Source: an uncultured bacterium (GTDB lineage: Bacteria; Bacillota; Clostridia; Oscillospirales; CAG-272). Taken from it: a DNA stretch of 64,000 bases. The stretch covers positions 598 to 64,597 of the forward strand of contig CAMEJM010000007.1 in assembly GCA_945920215.1 (NCBI GenBank), written 5' to 3'. The position numbers were made by a program, and so were the translations under genes. Positions 32,973 through 42,750 of this stretch are shown piece after piece; the stretch's first letter is position 1; the number at the start of each line of letters is the position of its first letter. Below the pieces are notes generated by a model. That model was not told the DNA's origin, searched no databases, and saw nothing but the letters and a program-made list of their open reading frames with translations.

Positions 32973-34883
32973 ATGATTGCTTTCAGCGTATCCGATCTGG
33001 GTCTTTCATTCGGCAAGAGAGAGGTTTTGCACAACCTCTCTTTTGCAGTCAATGAGGGAGACCGCGTGGGAATCATCGGCGTGAACGGTGCGGGAAAGAC
33101 CTCCCTGTTCCGCTGCCTGACCGGGGAATATACTCCGACAGAGGGCGCCGTGTTTATCGCGCGCGGAAAACGGGTGGGCATGCTCTCGCAGAACACCGAT
33201 CTCTCTTCTCTCGGCTCCGTGACCCTGTTTGAATATCTGTGCGGCGCGTTCCCCGAACTGGAGGAAATCGAGCGCGAGCTTTCCAAAGCCGAAGACGCTC
33301 TTTCCAAAGCCGCCCCCGCGGAAGCGGAGGCTCTTTCCTCGTTCCTTGCCGCCCTGCATGAGAAGTATGCCCGGCTCGGAGGGTTGGAATACCGCTCCCG
33401 CTGCCGCGCCATGCTCACGCGTATGGGCTTCCCCGAAGAGGTGCAGAATCAAGCCGTCTCCTGCCTGTCCGGCGGGCAGCATACCCGACTTTCTTTGGCG
33501 CGGCTGCTGGCGCGGGAGCCGGATATTCTTCTGCTCGACGAGCCGACAAACCATCTGGACATCGATGCTCTGACGTGGCTTGAGGAATACCTCTCCGCCT
33601 ACCGCAAAACCCTGTGCGTCATCTCGCATGACCGCTATTTTCTGGACCGCGTCACCACCAAGACCCTGCACATTGCCCTCGGCGGTGGCAGGCTCTATCC
33701 CGCCCCCTATTCCCGCGCGCGGGAGATGGAGGACGCCGAGGCGTCCTCGCTTGAGCATCGCTATCGCGAGCAGCAAAAAGAAATCGCCCGTATCCGCGCC
33801 AATATCGATTTCCAGCGCCGGTGCGGGCAGGCGCATAACTTTGTCACCATCCGCTCCAAGGAAAAACAGCTCGCCCGCATGGATCGGGTGGAGGCGGCGG
33901 CACCGCCGCCCCGTCAGATACGGCTCCGCTTTGCCACGGAGGAGCAAAGCGCCAACAACGTGCTGAAGGCGCGCAACCTCTCGTTTTCCTATACCGACAA
34001 GCCTTTGATTCAGGACCTGAATTTCCTTGTCCGCCGCGGGGAATGCGTGCTGTTCCTCGGTGCCAACGGCTGCGGGAAATCCACTCTGATGAAGCTTATC
34101 ACCGGGGAAATCAAACCCACGCGCGGCGTGCTGGAACTTGGCTACAATATCAAAATCGGTTATTACGACCAGGAAAACCGTAGGCTCTGCCCTACCAACA
34201 CGGTGCTGGAAGAACTGCGGGCGGCGCACCCCGACCTCGGCAATACCGAAATCCGCTCCACGCTCGCTCTGTTTCTGTTCGGCGCGGAGGACGTGGATAA
34301 GCTCGTCAGCGCGCTGTCGGGCGGAGAGCGCGCACGGCTTTCCCTTGCCAAACTTGTCCTGCAAAAGGTCAATCTCCTTGTTCTTGACGAGCCGACTAAC
34401 CATCTGGACATCGGCTCCCGCGAGGCGCTGGAAACAGCGCTTGCCGCGTTTGGCGGCACCATCATCGCCGTCTCCCATGACCGCTATTTCATTTCCCGCC
34501 TGGCAACCCGTATCATTGAACTTGACGCTGCGGCGGCAGGCGGACTGTTCGACTACCCTCTCGAAAGCTATGACGACGCCTATGAGGCGTATATGAACCT
34601 GCGCCGCGCCCGCACGGCAAACACCCCTACCCCGCAGAACGCCCCCTCGGACGAGAAGCGCCGCTTCGAGGAGCAGAAGCGGGAGAATGCCGAACGCCGC
34701 AACGCCGAAAAGCGCAAGGAACGCGCCAAAGCAAAAGCCGCGGAATTGGAAGCCGAACTGACAAAGCTCGACGAGGAGCTGTTCGGCGCCGCGGCGGCGG
34801 ATTATGTCCGCGCCGCCGAAATCGAAGCGCGCAAAAACGAAATAGAAGAAGAGCTTTTGTCTCTTTATGAGCAGATTATGTAA
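32973..34883 (+). CDS. ABC-F family ATPase (two ABC cassettes, no TM domain)
   Basis: GVNGAGKTS and GANGCGKST Walker A motifs, two LSGG(Q/E) signatures, and a K/E-rich coiled C-terminus. Confidence 0.9.
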   Translation: MIAFSVSDLGLSFGKREVLHNLSFAVNEGDRVGIIGVNGAGKTSLFRCLTGEYTPTEGAVFIARGKRVGMLSQNTDLSSLGSVTLFEYLCGAFPELEEIERELSKAEDALSKAAPAEAEALSSFLAALHEKYARLGGLEYRSRCRAMLTRMGFPEEVQNQAVSCLSGGQHTRLSLARLLAREPDILLLDEPTNHLDIDALTWLEEYLSAYRKTLCVISHDRYFLDRVTTKTLHIALGGGRLYPAPYSRAREMEDAEASSLEHRYREQQKEIARIRANIDFQRRCGQAHNFVTIRSKEKQLARMDRVEAAAPPPRQIRLRFATEEQSANNVLKARNLSFSYTDKPLIQDLNFLVRRGECVLFLGANGCGKSTLMKLITGEIKPTRGVLELGYNIKIGYYDQENRRLCPTNTVLEELRAAHPDLGNTEIRSTLALFLFGAEDVDKLVSALSGGERARLSLAKLVLQKVNLLVLDEPTNHLDIGSREALETALAAFGGTIIAVSHDRYFISRLATRIIELDAAAAGGLFDYPLESYDDAYEAYMNLRRARTANTPTPQNAPSDEKRRFEEQKRENAERRNAEKRKERAKAKAAELEAELTKLDEELFGAAAADYVRAAEIEARKNEIEEELLSLYEQIM

Positions 34884-34920
34884 ATCATTGTTTGCATTTT
34901 GATGGCCTTGCATATGCTTG

Positions 34921-34953
34921 GAAGCCGCGGCAGAATTGCCGCGGCTTTTCTTT
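34921..34953 (+). terminator. Rho-independent terminator after the ABC-F gene
   Basis: aagccgcggc / gccgcggctt stem followed by TTCTTTTG. Confidence 0.85.
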
Positions 34954-35494
34954 TGCCCGCCGCCTCCGTGTCGGGAAATCGGCATATTCCTGTTTTCCGC
35001 ACGCCTTGCGGCGGGGAATGGCGGCGGCATTTCCCCGCCTCTTTCTCTCTGCGGCGGCAAAAATCAGCTCGGTTTTCCTTCGCCCGCCCTTTTTCCCGGC
35101 ATGCTGACTTCTTCCGCCGTTTTTCCCCTCAGCCCGCGCTTCTCCGCCCTGCTGCGGCAGACTTCGGCTCGATACGCCCCCGATTGTGCCGTTTCGCTTT
35201 CTTTCGCGCGCTTTCCTCTCCTCCGACAAAATGCGACGGTGCCGCACGCGCTTTCTCTCGGGGCATTTCCCCTGTCTTTGCGGGGGGAGTTTACGGGAAC
35301 CGCATTTGCGGCGGCGTATTTCGTGCTTTTTCGACAATCGGACAGCCCGCGCAAATTGCGACCTTTTTCACGCCGCGTCCCCATTTTTTACGCCTCCGCT
35401 CCGTCCAAGCAAGCACGATTTCGCACGATGCGAACAGCAGCGCAATCCCCTGTTTTTTGCGCTTTTTCGCCTCCTTCCGCGCATGGCGCTGCGG

Positions 35495-36073
35495 TCAGTC
35501 GTTCGGAATGATGGCGACCCCCTCCATCAAGGATTCGAAGCAATCTTCCGTGTCCGGTACTTTTTGGCGCACCCCGTCGATATGCAGGAAACGGTCCTTG
35601 TCGTATGTATAGGTATCCAAGCGCCTGTCGAGCGCGTCATCGGACTGCGCCGCCACAAGCGGGGTCCCGTCCTCGGTGTACCCCACAAGAAGCAGCGAGT
35701 GATACCAGCCTTTTCCCTCCCGGTACAACTGTATGACGTCGCCCACCTCTGCCTCCTGAAGCGGCACCTGATGCGCGAACGGCCCCGGACCCGTGTTCTT
35801 TATCAGAAAATCGTATAGAAACTCCACCCCCGTCCAGGAGGCGGTTCTCTCGTTCTCCGACAGATAGTACCAGCCGAAAATCGGGGTAAAATTCATGGTA
35901 CACCCTCCGGCATACATGGCTTGGGATACAAAATTGGTGCAGTTGCCGCCCTGACCCGTGTAGTCGATGAATAGCGGATTGCGGCTCAGCGCCCACTTCC
36001 GTGCATAGGCGACCGCACGCTCTCTCAGATAAGTTTTGGTTACCAACATAATCTGCCCTCCTGTCTGATTCAT
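35495..36073 (-). CDS. Putative amidase-domain protein (Amidase_6-like, papain/NlpC-type Cys)
   Basis: AVAYARKWALSRNP.F......GNCTNFVSQAMYAGG...WYY....SW. Confidence 0.7.
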   Translation of the reverse strand: MNQTGGQIMLVTKTYLRERAVAYARKWALSRNPLFIDYTGQGGNCTNFVSQAMYAGGCTMNFTPIFGWYYLSENERTASWTGVEFLYDFLIKNTGPGPFAHQVPLQEAEVGDVIQLYREGKGWYHSLLLVGYTEDGTPLVAAQSDDALDRRLDTYTYDKDRFLHIDGVRQKVPDTEDCFESLMEGVAIIPND

Positions 36074-36176
36074 TTCAGTCTATGCGGGGAGGGGCACAGA
36101 TGTGCATATTTCCGATCCGGCGGCGCCGTGTTTGCGGCGGAATCCGCATGCGTGATGACAAAATCGTGTTTTTCTC

Positions 36177-36205
36177 TTGCGCGCGCGGCGGGAAATATGT
36201 ATAAT
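36177..36205 (+). promoter_or_regulatory. Candidate guaA promoter
   Basis: TTGCGC, 17 nt, TATAAT (36200-36205). Confidence 0.4.
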
Positions 36206-36247
36206 GAAAAGGCAATGAACAAATGAACTCATCAGAGGTTGAAAAGA

Positions 36248-38119
36248 ATGGAAAAACTCGCGATTGTCGACTGCGGCGGACAGTATACCAAGGTCATTGA
36301 CCGTAAGATCCGTGAAGCAGGCGTCTATACCGATATTCTTCCCATGGGGGTCGCCGCCGAGAAGCTGGCGCCCTATAATGCCATCATTCTTTCGGGCGGC
36401 CCCGCCAGCGTGTGGGAAAGCGGCGCGCCCGCATACGACGGCAGAATATTCGATTTGGGCATTCCGATTCTCGGTATCTGCTATGGAATGCAGATGCTGG
36501 TGGATCACTTCGGCGGCACCGTCGCCCCCGAGGTCAAAACCGAATACGGTCAGATAGAAATCGACGTCGACCCCACCTGTCCCTTGTTCAAAGGGCTGTC
36601 CAAGCGTGAAAAGGTGCTGATGAGCCACGGGGACGCGGTCAGCGTCCTGCCCGCCGGCTTCCGCCAGGTCGCCAGCACCGGCACGGTCTGCGCGGGCGTG
36701 TGGAATGCCGAAAAGAAAATCGCCGGGGTACAGTTCCACCCCGAGGTGGACCCCACCGTGCACGGCGTGGAAATCCTGACCAACTTTGTCCGCGGGATCT
36801 GCGGGCTAAAAGAAGTGTATGCGCTGGAGGACCGCATTGAAACCTCCATCCGCGCCATCCGTGAAAAGGTCGGCGACGGCAAGGTTGTCGTGCTGGTCAG
36901 CGGCGGCGTGGACTCTGCCGTGACCGCCGCGCTCCTGGTGCGCGCCCTGAAGCCGGAACAGGTTTACGGCATTCATATCGACCACGGCATGATGCGCAAA
37001 AACGAGTCCGACCTCATCTGTGCGAATCTGGCGGAACTGGGACTCACGCAGATGCAGCGTATCAACGCCGAGGACGCCTTTTTCAATACCCCCCTTGTCA
37101 TCGACGGAGAGCAGTACGCCCCCCTGTGCGAGACCTGCGAGCCGGAGAAGAAGCGCGCCATCATCGGGCATATGTTCTTCGTGGTAACCGAGGAAGCCGC
37201 GAAGAAACTCAATTTGGATTTTGACCACGCGTTCCTCGGACAGGGCACCCTGCGCCCCGACTTGATCGAGTCGGGCAACCCCGATGTCAGCGGCTACGCG
37301 AAGAAAATCAAGACCCATCACAACGACGTCGGTATCATCCGCGCCCTGCGCGACAAGGGGCACGTCATTGAAACCAACTGGGACTGGCACAAGGACGAGG
37401 TACGGCAGGTGGCGCGTATGCTCGGTCTTGACGAAGCCATCGCCTCTCGCCAGCCGTTCCCCGGCCCCGGTCTGGGCGTGAGAATCCTCTGCACCGACGC
37501 CGATAAGACCGCAGACCCGGAAAAGGAAGCGCTTTTGCAGGGCTATATGAAGACCCTCCCCGGCGCCTATACCGCCACCGTCGCCCCCGTGCAGTCGGTC
37601 GGCGTGCAGGGCGACCACCGCTCCTACCGCTCCCTCGCCATTCTTGCAGGCCATGGGCTGAACACGAATTGGGACGAGTTGTTTGAACTTGCCAAGTCCA
37701 TTCCCAACAACCTGAATTTCATCAACCGCACGGCATACCTGCTGAACCGCGACGAGGTGGGAGGAGAGCTGAAAAGCGTGCGCAGCCGCGTCTGCCACGA
37801 GGAAGCCGATCTGCTCCGTGAAGCGGACAGCATCGTCACCGATGAGATCCTCCGCCCCATGACCCCCGGCGGCAAATGCCGTATCGCGCAGTGCTTCGCG
37901 GTACTGCTCCCGGTCTCGGATAAGGGGAAATTCTCCATCGCCGTCCGCGCCGTCGTCACCAACGACTTCATGACCGCGCAGTCCGCCGTCCCCGGCGTGG
38001 ACTTCCCCGCGGACGCCCTCTCCCATATCGTCCGCCGCATTGAAGCGGCGCTGCCCGACGTCGATATGATTCTCTACGACGTCACCGGCAAGCCCCCCGC
38101 AACCGTCGAGTGGGAGTAA
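36248..38119 (+). CDS. guaA: GMP synthase (glutamine-hydrolysing), long eukaryote-like form
   Basis: GATase ILGICYGMQ..HPE, and the PP-loop LVSGGVDSAV. At 623 aa it is about 100 aa longer than the usual bacterial form. Confidence 0.93.
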   Translation: MEKLAIVDCGGQYTKVIDRKIREAGVYTDILPMGVAAEKLAPYNAIILSGGPASVWESGAPAYDGRIFDLGIPILGICYGMQMLVDHFGGTVAPEVKTEYGQIEIDVDPTCPLFKGLSKREKVLMSHGDAVSVLPAGFRQVASTGTVCAGVWNAEKKIAGVQFHPEVDPTVHGVEILTNFVRGICGLKEVYALEDRIETSIRAIREKVGDGKVVVLVSGGVDSAVTAALLVRALKPEQVYGIHIDHGMMRKNESDLICANLAELGLTQMQRINAEDAFFNTPLVIDGEQYAPLCETCEPEKKRAIIGHMFFVVTEEAAKKLNLDFDHAFLGQGTLRPDLIESGNPDVSGYAKKIKTHHNDVGIIRALRDKGHVIETNWDWHKDEVRQVARMLGLDEAIASRQPFPGPGLGVRILCTDADKTADPEKEALLQGYMKTLPGAYTATVAPVQSVGVQGDHRSYRSLAILAGHGLNTNWDELFELAKSIPNNLNFINRTAYLLNRDEVGGELKSVRSRVCHEEADLLREADSIVTDEILRPMTPGGKCRIAQCFAVLLPVSDKGKFSIAVRAVVTNDFMTAQSAVPGVDFPADALSHIVRRIEAALPDVDMILYDVTGKPPATVEWE

Positions 38120-38180
38120 TTCCCCGAAAGTCGGTTGCAAAAGCGCGATACAAGACGCTTCTCTCCGCCGAGAAAGCCGA

Positions 38181-38217
38181 CAGCCCCGAAAGCGGTTTCG
38201 GGGCTGTTTTCTTTCTT
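38181..38217 (+). terminator. Rho-independent terminator after guaA
   Basis: cagccccgaaa / tttcggggctg stem followed by TTTTCTTTCTT. Confidence 0.85.
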
Positions 38218-38285
38218 GCCGAAAACGAATACCAAAAACACCAATAAAAATTTACTTTTGAAAAGCCGTGCGGGAGCCGGCGGTA

Positions 38286-38314
38286 TTGAAAAGAAAGCGG
38301 CGCCGTGCTATAAT
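38286..38314 (+). promoter_or_regulatory. Sigma-A type promoter for the FAD protein-luxS-mtnN cluster
   Basis: TTGAAA, 17 nt, TATAAT (38309-38314). Confidence 0.6.
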
Positions 38315-38393
38315 CAATATGTATGGTCTGCCGGTGCAGACCCGAAAAAGGACGCCGTGCGGGAAATCCCGCACGCAAAAAGGAGTTACCGAA

Positions 38394-39806
38394 ATGAAAT
38401 ACGATGTGGTGATTGTCGGGGCGGGCCCCGCAGGTATTTTCACCGCCATTGAGCTCTTGAGACGGGGGTCTCACCAGAGCATTCTGATTGTCGAAAAGGG
38501 ACAGGCGATTGAAAACCGCCGCTGCCCCAAGGTCAAAACCAAGCAGTGCGTCAACTGCAAACCCTACTGCCATATTACCACCGGCTTTTCCGGAGCGGGC
38601 GCATTCTCGGACGGCAAACTGTCCCTCTCTCCGGAGGTGGGCGGCGACCTGCCGAGCCTGATCGGCGAGTCTCTCGCGGAAGAGCTAATCGACTATGCCG
38701 ACAAAATCTACCTTGAATTCGGCGCGGACGAGCACGTTGAGGGGGTTTCCGACCCCGAGCGCGTCAAGGACATCCGCAAGCGCGCCATTCAGGCAGGACT
38801 GAAACTGGTCGACTGCCCGATCCGCCACCTCGGCACCGAAAAGGCGCAGCAGATTTACCTCGCCATTGAGCATTATCTGCAAAACAACGGCGTGGATATG
38901 ATGTTCGGTTACGAATGCTCCGACCTGCTGCTCGGCGGCGGCATATGCCGCGGCGTGGTCGTGACAAAGGGAAGTGACAGACGCGAAATCGAGGCGAAAG
39001 CCACCATCATCGCCACCGGACGCCGCGGCGCCGACTGGCTTGAAAAAATCTGTGCGGAATACGATGTCGCCCACCAGCCCGGCACGGTTGATATCGGCGT
39101 GCGCGTGGAAGTGCGCAACGAGGTCATGGAGGAGGTCAATAAAACCCTCTATGAATCCAAGCTGATCGGTTATCCCCGCCCCTTCAAGAACAAGGTGCGT
39201 ACCTTCTGCCAGAACCCCGGCGGCTTCGTCAGCCAGGAGAATTACGACAACGATCTGGCGGTCGTCAACGGTCACTCCTACAAGGACCTCAAGAGCGATA
39301 ACACCAACGTGTCCATTCTCTGCTCCCACAACTTCTCCTCCCCCTTCAATCAGCCGATTGCCTATGCGCAAAAGGTCGGGGAGCTGACCAATATGCTGGG
39401 CGCGGGGCACATTCTGGTGCAGCGCTTCGGCGATATTCTGGACGGCAAGCGTACCTGGCCCAAGGAGCTTTCGCAGTCTAACCTCCGCCCCACCCTGCCC
39501 GACGCCGTGGCAGGCGACATCACGGCAGCGATGCCCTACCGCGCCATGACAAATATCATCAATTTCATTCAGGCGGTCGACCAGGTAGTCCCCGGCTTTG
39601 CCTCCTATGAAACCCTGCTCTATTCTCCCGAACTGAAATTCTATTCCAACCGCGTAAAGATGGACGCCGACCTGAATACCAACGTCCCGGGGCTCCACTG
39701 TCTCGGCGATTCGAGCGGCTGGACGCGCGGACTGATGATGGCGTCGGTCATGGGCGTGCTCATGGGCAGAAAGCTCTATGAGGCGGAAATCGGAGAAAAA
39801 GCATGA
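38394..39806 (+). CDS. NAD(P)/FAD-dependent oxidoreductase (COG2509-like)
   Basis: YDVVIVGAGPAGIF dinucleotide-binding motif; 470 aa from ATG 38394 (AAGGAG SD). Confidence 0.8.
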   Translation: MKYDVVIVGAGPAGIFTAIELLRRGSHQSILIVEKGQAIENRRCPKVKTKQCVNCKPYCHITTGFSGAGAFSDGKLSLSPEVGGDLPSLIGESLAEELIDYADKIYLEFGADEHVEGVSDPERVKDIRKRAIQAGLKLVDCPIRHLGTEKAQQIYLAIEHYLQNNGVDMMFGYECSDLLLGGGICRGVVVTKGSDRREIEAKATIIATGRRGADWLEKICAEYDVAHQPGTVDIGVRVEVRNEVMEEVNKTLYESKLIGYPRPFKNKVRTFCQNPGGFVSQENYDNDLAVVNGHSYKDLKSDNTNVSILCSHNFSSPFNQPIAYAQKVGELTNMLGAGHILVQRFGDILDGKRTWPKELSQSNLRPTLPDAVAGDITAAMPYRAMTNIINFIQAVDQVVPGFASYETLLYSPELKFYSNRVKMDADLNTNVPGLHCLGDSSGWTRGLMMASVMGVLMGRKLYEAEIGEKA

Positions 39807-40264
39807 AGCGCATCACCAGTTTCACGGTCGACCACGACCTCGTGGTTCCGGGAATGTATATCTCCCGCGTCGACGGAGATGTGATCACCTATGATCTGCG
39901 CACCCGCCGCCCCAACGCGGGGGAGTATATGAGCGACCTCGCCATGCACTCGGTGGAGCATATGGCGGCAACCCTGTTGCGCAACAGCCGCATTGCGGAC
40001 AGCGTGATTTACTTCGGACCCATGGGCTGTCAGACCGGTTTTTACCTGTTGGTGCGGGATACCGTTTCTCCCGCCGAGGTGTACGAAGTGCTGTGCGAAG
40101 TGCTGGACGCCGTCACGCGTGAAACCGTGATGTACGGCGCCTCCCGGAAGGAATGCGGGAATTACCGCAATCTGTCGCTGGACGCCGCCAAAGAGGAATG
40201 CCGCGCCTACCTTGCCGCTCTGCGCGCACGCGGTGCAGACTTCAATTATCCCACCAAGGAGTAA
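39803..40264 (+). CDS. luxS: S-ribosylhomocysteine lyase
   Basis: HSVEH metal motif, GPMGCQTGFY and ECGN; 153 aa. Confidence 0.93.
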   Translation: MKRITSFTVDHDLVVPGMYISRVDGDVITYDLRTRRPNAGEYMSDLAMHSVEHMAATLLRNSRIADSVIYFGPMGCQTGFYLLVRDTVSPAEVYEVLCEVLDAVTRETVMYGASRKECGNYRNLSLDAAKEECRAYLAALRARGADFNYPTKE

Positions 40265-40268
40265 CACT

Positions 40269-40979
40269 ATGACAGGAATCATCGGCGCCATGGAATCCGA
40301 AGTCTCACGTCTGCTCGGACAGATGGAAAGCCGCACGGAGGAAACCGTATGCGGCGTCACCTTTTACCGCGGCTTTCTTGCCGGGCAGGAAACGGTGGTT
40401 GCCCGCGCAGGCGTGGGCAAGGTCAACGCCGCCCTGTGCGCCCAGACGATGATCTTGCGCTACGCCGCCTCTCCCATCATCAATACCGGGGTCGCGGGAG
40501 CGCTTTCCCCCGCCCTGAAGCAGGGAGACGCGGTGGTCGCCTCCTCCCTTGCGGAATATGACATGGACACCACCCCCCTCGGCGACCCCGCAGGACTGCT
40601 CACCGTCGCGGGAGAAAACCTGACCGTCCTCCCCGCCGACCCCGCTGTCGGCGCCGCTCTTCTGGAAGCCGCAAAAGCCGAAGGGCTCTATGCGGTATTC
40701 GGAAAAATCGCCTCCGGAGATCGCTTCGTTGCCTCTCACGCGGAGAAAGAACGGATCCGCTCTCTTTTCGGCGCAGACGCGTGCGAAATGGAAGGCGCGG
40801 CAATCGCCCACGCCTGCCATGCGGCAAAGGTCCCGTGCGGGATCCTGCGCGTCATGTCCGACGCCGCCGACGGCGGCGCCGCGACGGATTTTCCGACGTT
40901 CGTCAAAGGCGCGGCGGATCAAAGCGCGAACATCCTTCTGCGCTACCTTGCCTCTCTGCCCCGCTCCGCGGCGCGCTGA
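40269..40979 (+). CDS. mtnN: 5'-methylthioadenosine/S-adenosylhomocysteine nucleosidase
   Basis: IIGAMESE..GVGKVNAA..EMEGAAIAH..RVMSD. Confidence 0.9.
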   Translation: MTGIIGAMESEVSRLLGQMESRTEETVCGVTFYRGFLAGQETVVARAGVGKVNAALCAQTMILRYAASPIINTGVAGALSPALKQGDAVVASSLAEYDMDTTPLGDPAGLLTVAGENLTVLPADPAVGAALLEAAKAEGLYAVFGKIASGDRFVASHAEKERIRSLFGADACEMEGAAIAHACHAAKVPCGILRVMSDAADGGAATDFPTFVKGAADQSANILLRYLASLPRSAAR

Positions 40980-41013
40980 GCGCCGTCTCGCTTCCTCGTA
41001 TATCGTATTTCAT

Positions 41014-41060
41014 ACGGCGCGGCGCCGCAGCTGACGGTACCGCGCCGTTTTCTTTTTTTG
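41014..41060 (+). terminator. Rho-independent terminator after mtnN
   Basis: acggcgcgg / ccgcgccgt stem followed by TTTCTTTTTTTG. Confidence 0.8.
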
Positions 41061-41170
41061 TCCTGCTCTCTTCGAGCACGTAAGAATTACTTTTGAAAAC
41101 TTCTCCGGGGTTCGTTTTCCGCCGCCGCGCGCATATACTGGTTGCGACCGAAAAAGCGGAGGAGAAGAAG

Positions 41171-41713
41171 ATGGACTACACTTGGCGTTTTGACCGCCCG
41201 ACCGTGCGGCTGTTTGAAAGCGGAGGGCTCCCATTGGTGGAGTTGACGATTCACCCCGTGGCTCTGACCGAAATGCCTCCGGCGACAGAAGCGTACTACG
41301 CGGCGCTTGCCGACGCCTATGAGCTCTATTGCCGCGAGGTTCTCCTGCCCGCCCGTGCGGCGGCGTACGAGCGTTCCGAGGATCCGCGCAAGCGCTTCAC
41401 CTTCCGCCGCCTTTGTCTGGCGCTGAAGCTGGAGGGGAGCGTTTCGGGAGGATACCTCTCCGTGCGGCGCAGAACCCTGCTGCGCTGCGGCATACACACC
41501 GCCGAATGCCTGCGGGGCGAGGTTTTCCGCCTCTGCGACGGCTTGCGGATGCCCCTTGCCCATTTTACCGGCAGGCACGCGCGGGCATTGCGCCCGAAAC
41601 ACCCCCGCCTGCGCCCCTCGGAAAAGCGCGGCGACAGTTACGTTTTGCAAGACAACGGTATCTTATTATTCACAACCGCGGGGGAAGTTCCCGTTTTCAG
41701 GCGCTATGTATAA
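41171..41713 (+). CDS. Hypothetical protein (180 aa)
   Basis: GAGGAG SD before ATG 41171. No family recognised. Confidence 0.45.
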   Translation: MDYTWRFDRPTVRLFESGGLPLVELTIHPVALTEMPPATEAYYAALADAYELYCREVLLPARAAAYERSEDPRKRFTFRRLCLALKLEGSVSGGYLSVRRRTLLRCGIHTAECLRGEVFRLCDGLRMPLAHFTGRHARALRPKHPRLRPSEKRGDSYVLQDNGILLFTTAGEVPVFRRYV

Positions 41714-41805
41714 CAAAAATGAACAATATGTTCTCATTTCTTGCATAATCTTCTCTTTACATTTCACAAAATTTCATAAAATGGGAAATTGTTCACACTC
41801 TCCCA

Positions 41806-41834
41806 TTGATTTTACCCGCGCGTGGGGATATAAT
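41806..41834 (+). promoter_or_regulatory. Candidate atp operon promoter
   Basis: TTGATT, 17 nt, TATAAT (41829-41834). Confidence 0.6.
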
Positions 41835-41917
41835 TGTAAAAAATAAAGTAATATACATCTGTATGCAGTCAGGCGCCGCCCCGTGCGGGCAACGCCGCGG
41901 TGCCGAAAGGAATATCC

Positions 41918-42202
41918 ATGAAAAAACAGTCCCGGTTTGAGATCCTCTCCGGGCTTGCCATGGTAGGGCAGCTCGGCATCACTCTGATTTTCCCCATTCT
42001 GCTCTGCACGCTGCTCGGCGTGTGGATTCAGGAAAAATATCAGACGGGCGTCTGGGTCATTATTGTTTCCGTGCTGGCAGGAGTTCTGACCGCCGGATGC
42101 AGTTTTTATCACTTTGCCCGCGGCATACTTCTCCGCGCGCGGCGGGAGAACAAAACCTCCGATACGCCGCATGACACCGAACAGGAGGACAGCAACCGTT
42201 GA
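41918..42202 (+). CDS. atpZ: AtpZ/AtpI-family small membrane protein
   Basis: Two TM segments, and position as first gene of the atp operon. Confidence 0.65.
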   Translation: MKKQSRFEILSGLAMVGQLGITLIFPILLCTLLGVWIQEKYQTGVWVIIVSVLAGVLTAGCSFYHFARGILLRARRENKTSDTPHDTEQEDSNR

Positions 42203-42750
42203 AAATCGATCGATCCGTCAAAGAAGCCACCGCGTGGGTCGCCCTCGGGGTTCTGTTTCTCAGCGTCCTGATGCAGCTCATTTATCTGATTGTGGTACTG
42301 ATTGCGCCTACGCTTTCTTGGCACTATTCCTTTTTGCTCGGCAATCTGCTGATGGGCGTAACCGTGGTGCTCAATTTTTTCCTGATGTCGCTCGGCATTC
42401 AGAACGCCGTCTCCTCCGGCAACGAGGAATTTGCCCGGAAACGGGTACGGTACAGCCAATCCCTGCGTTCTCTGATGGTCATTGCCGTGCTGGTGGTCGC
42501 GTTTGTGTTCCGGAATGTGTTCAACATTGTCTCCACCATCATCACCGTTGCGTTCCCTCAGATTTCAATTTACCTGATCCGCATCATCCGGCGAGACCGC
42601 TTTGACGGCACGGCGGAAGGCACGACCGCCGCAGCAGGAGAGACTCTTCCCTCCGATCAGACCGCCGCGGATTCCACCGAAGAAATAGCGGCGGAGGGCG
42701 CCGCAGTGGCGCCGATCGGAAACGAGGAGGTGAAAAAGCAAAATGACTGA
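42199..42750 (+). CDS. atpI: ATP synthase subunit I-like membrane protein
   Basis: Four hydrophobic segments, positioned before atpB. It has an unusual ~50-aa acidic/Ala-rich C-terminal extension. Confidence 0.6.
   Translation: MKIDRSVKEATAWVALGVLFLSVLMQLIYLIVVLIAPTLSWHYSFLLGNLLMGVTVVLNFFLMSLGIQNAVSSGNEEFARKRVRYSQSLRSLMVIAVLVVAFVFRNVFNIVSTIITVAFPQISIYLIRIIRRDRFDGTAEGTTAAAGETLPSDQTAADSTEEIAAEGAAVAPIGNEEVKKQND

Noticed and set aside
33006-35060. 684-aa minus-strand ORF
   Set aside because: It is antisense to the ABC-F gene, whose Walker/signature motifs are unambiguous. This is a high-GC shadow ORF.
34885-35337. 150-aa highly basic minus-strand ORF (and overlapping plus-strand ORFs 34899-35612, 34918-35511)
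   Set aside because: The Arg/Lys/Gly or Pro/Ser/Phe composition reflects the purine/pyrimidine asymmetry of the DNA. There is no SD, there are mutually overlapping frames, and nothing is protein-like.
36074-36247. Purine riboswitch upstream of guaA
   Set aside because: No conserved three-way junction or loop motifs are recognisable, and the leader after the putative -10 is only about 40 nt.
36806-38140. 444-aa minus-strand ORF; similar cases at 44869-46728, 47557-49011, 42584-43690, 56861-58384 and 63252-63965
   Set aside because: All are antisense to confidently identified genes (guaA, atpA, atpD, atpB, the MTase and trmD). They have no motifs of their own.
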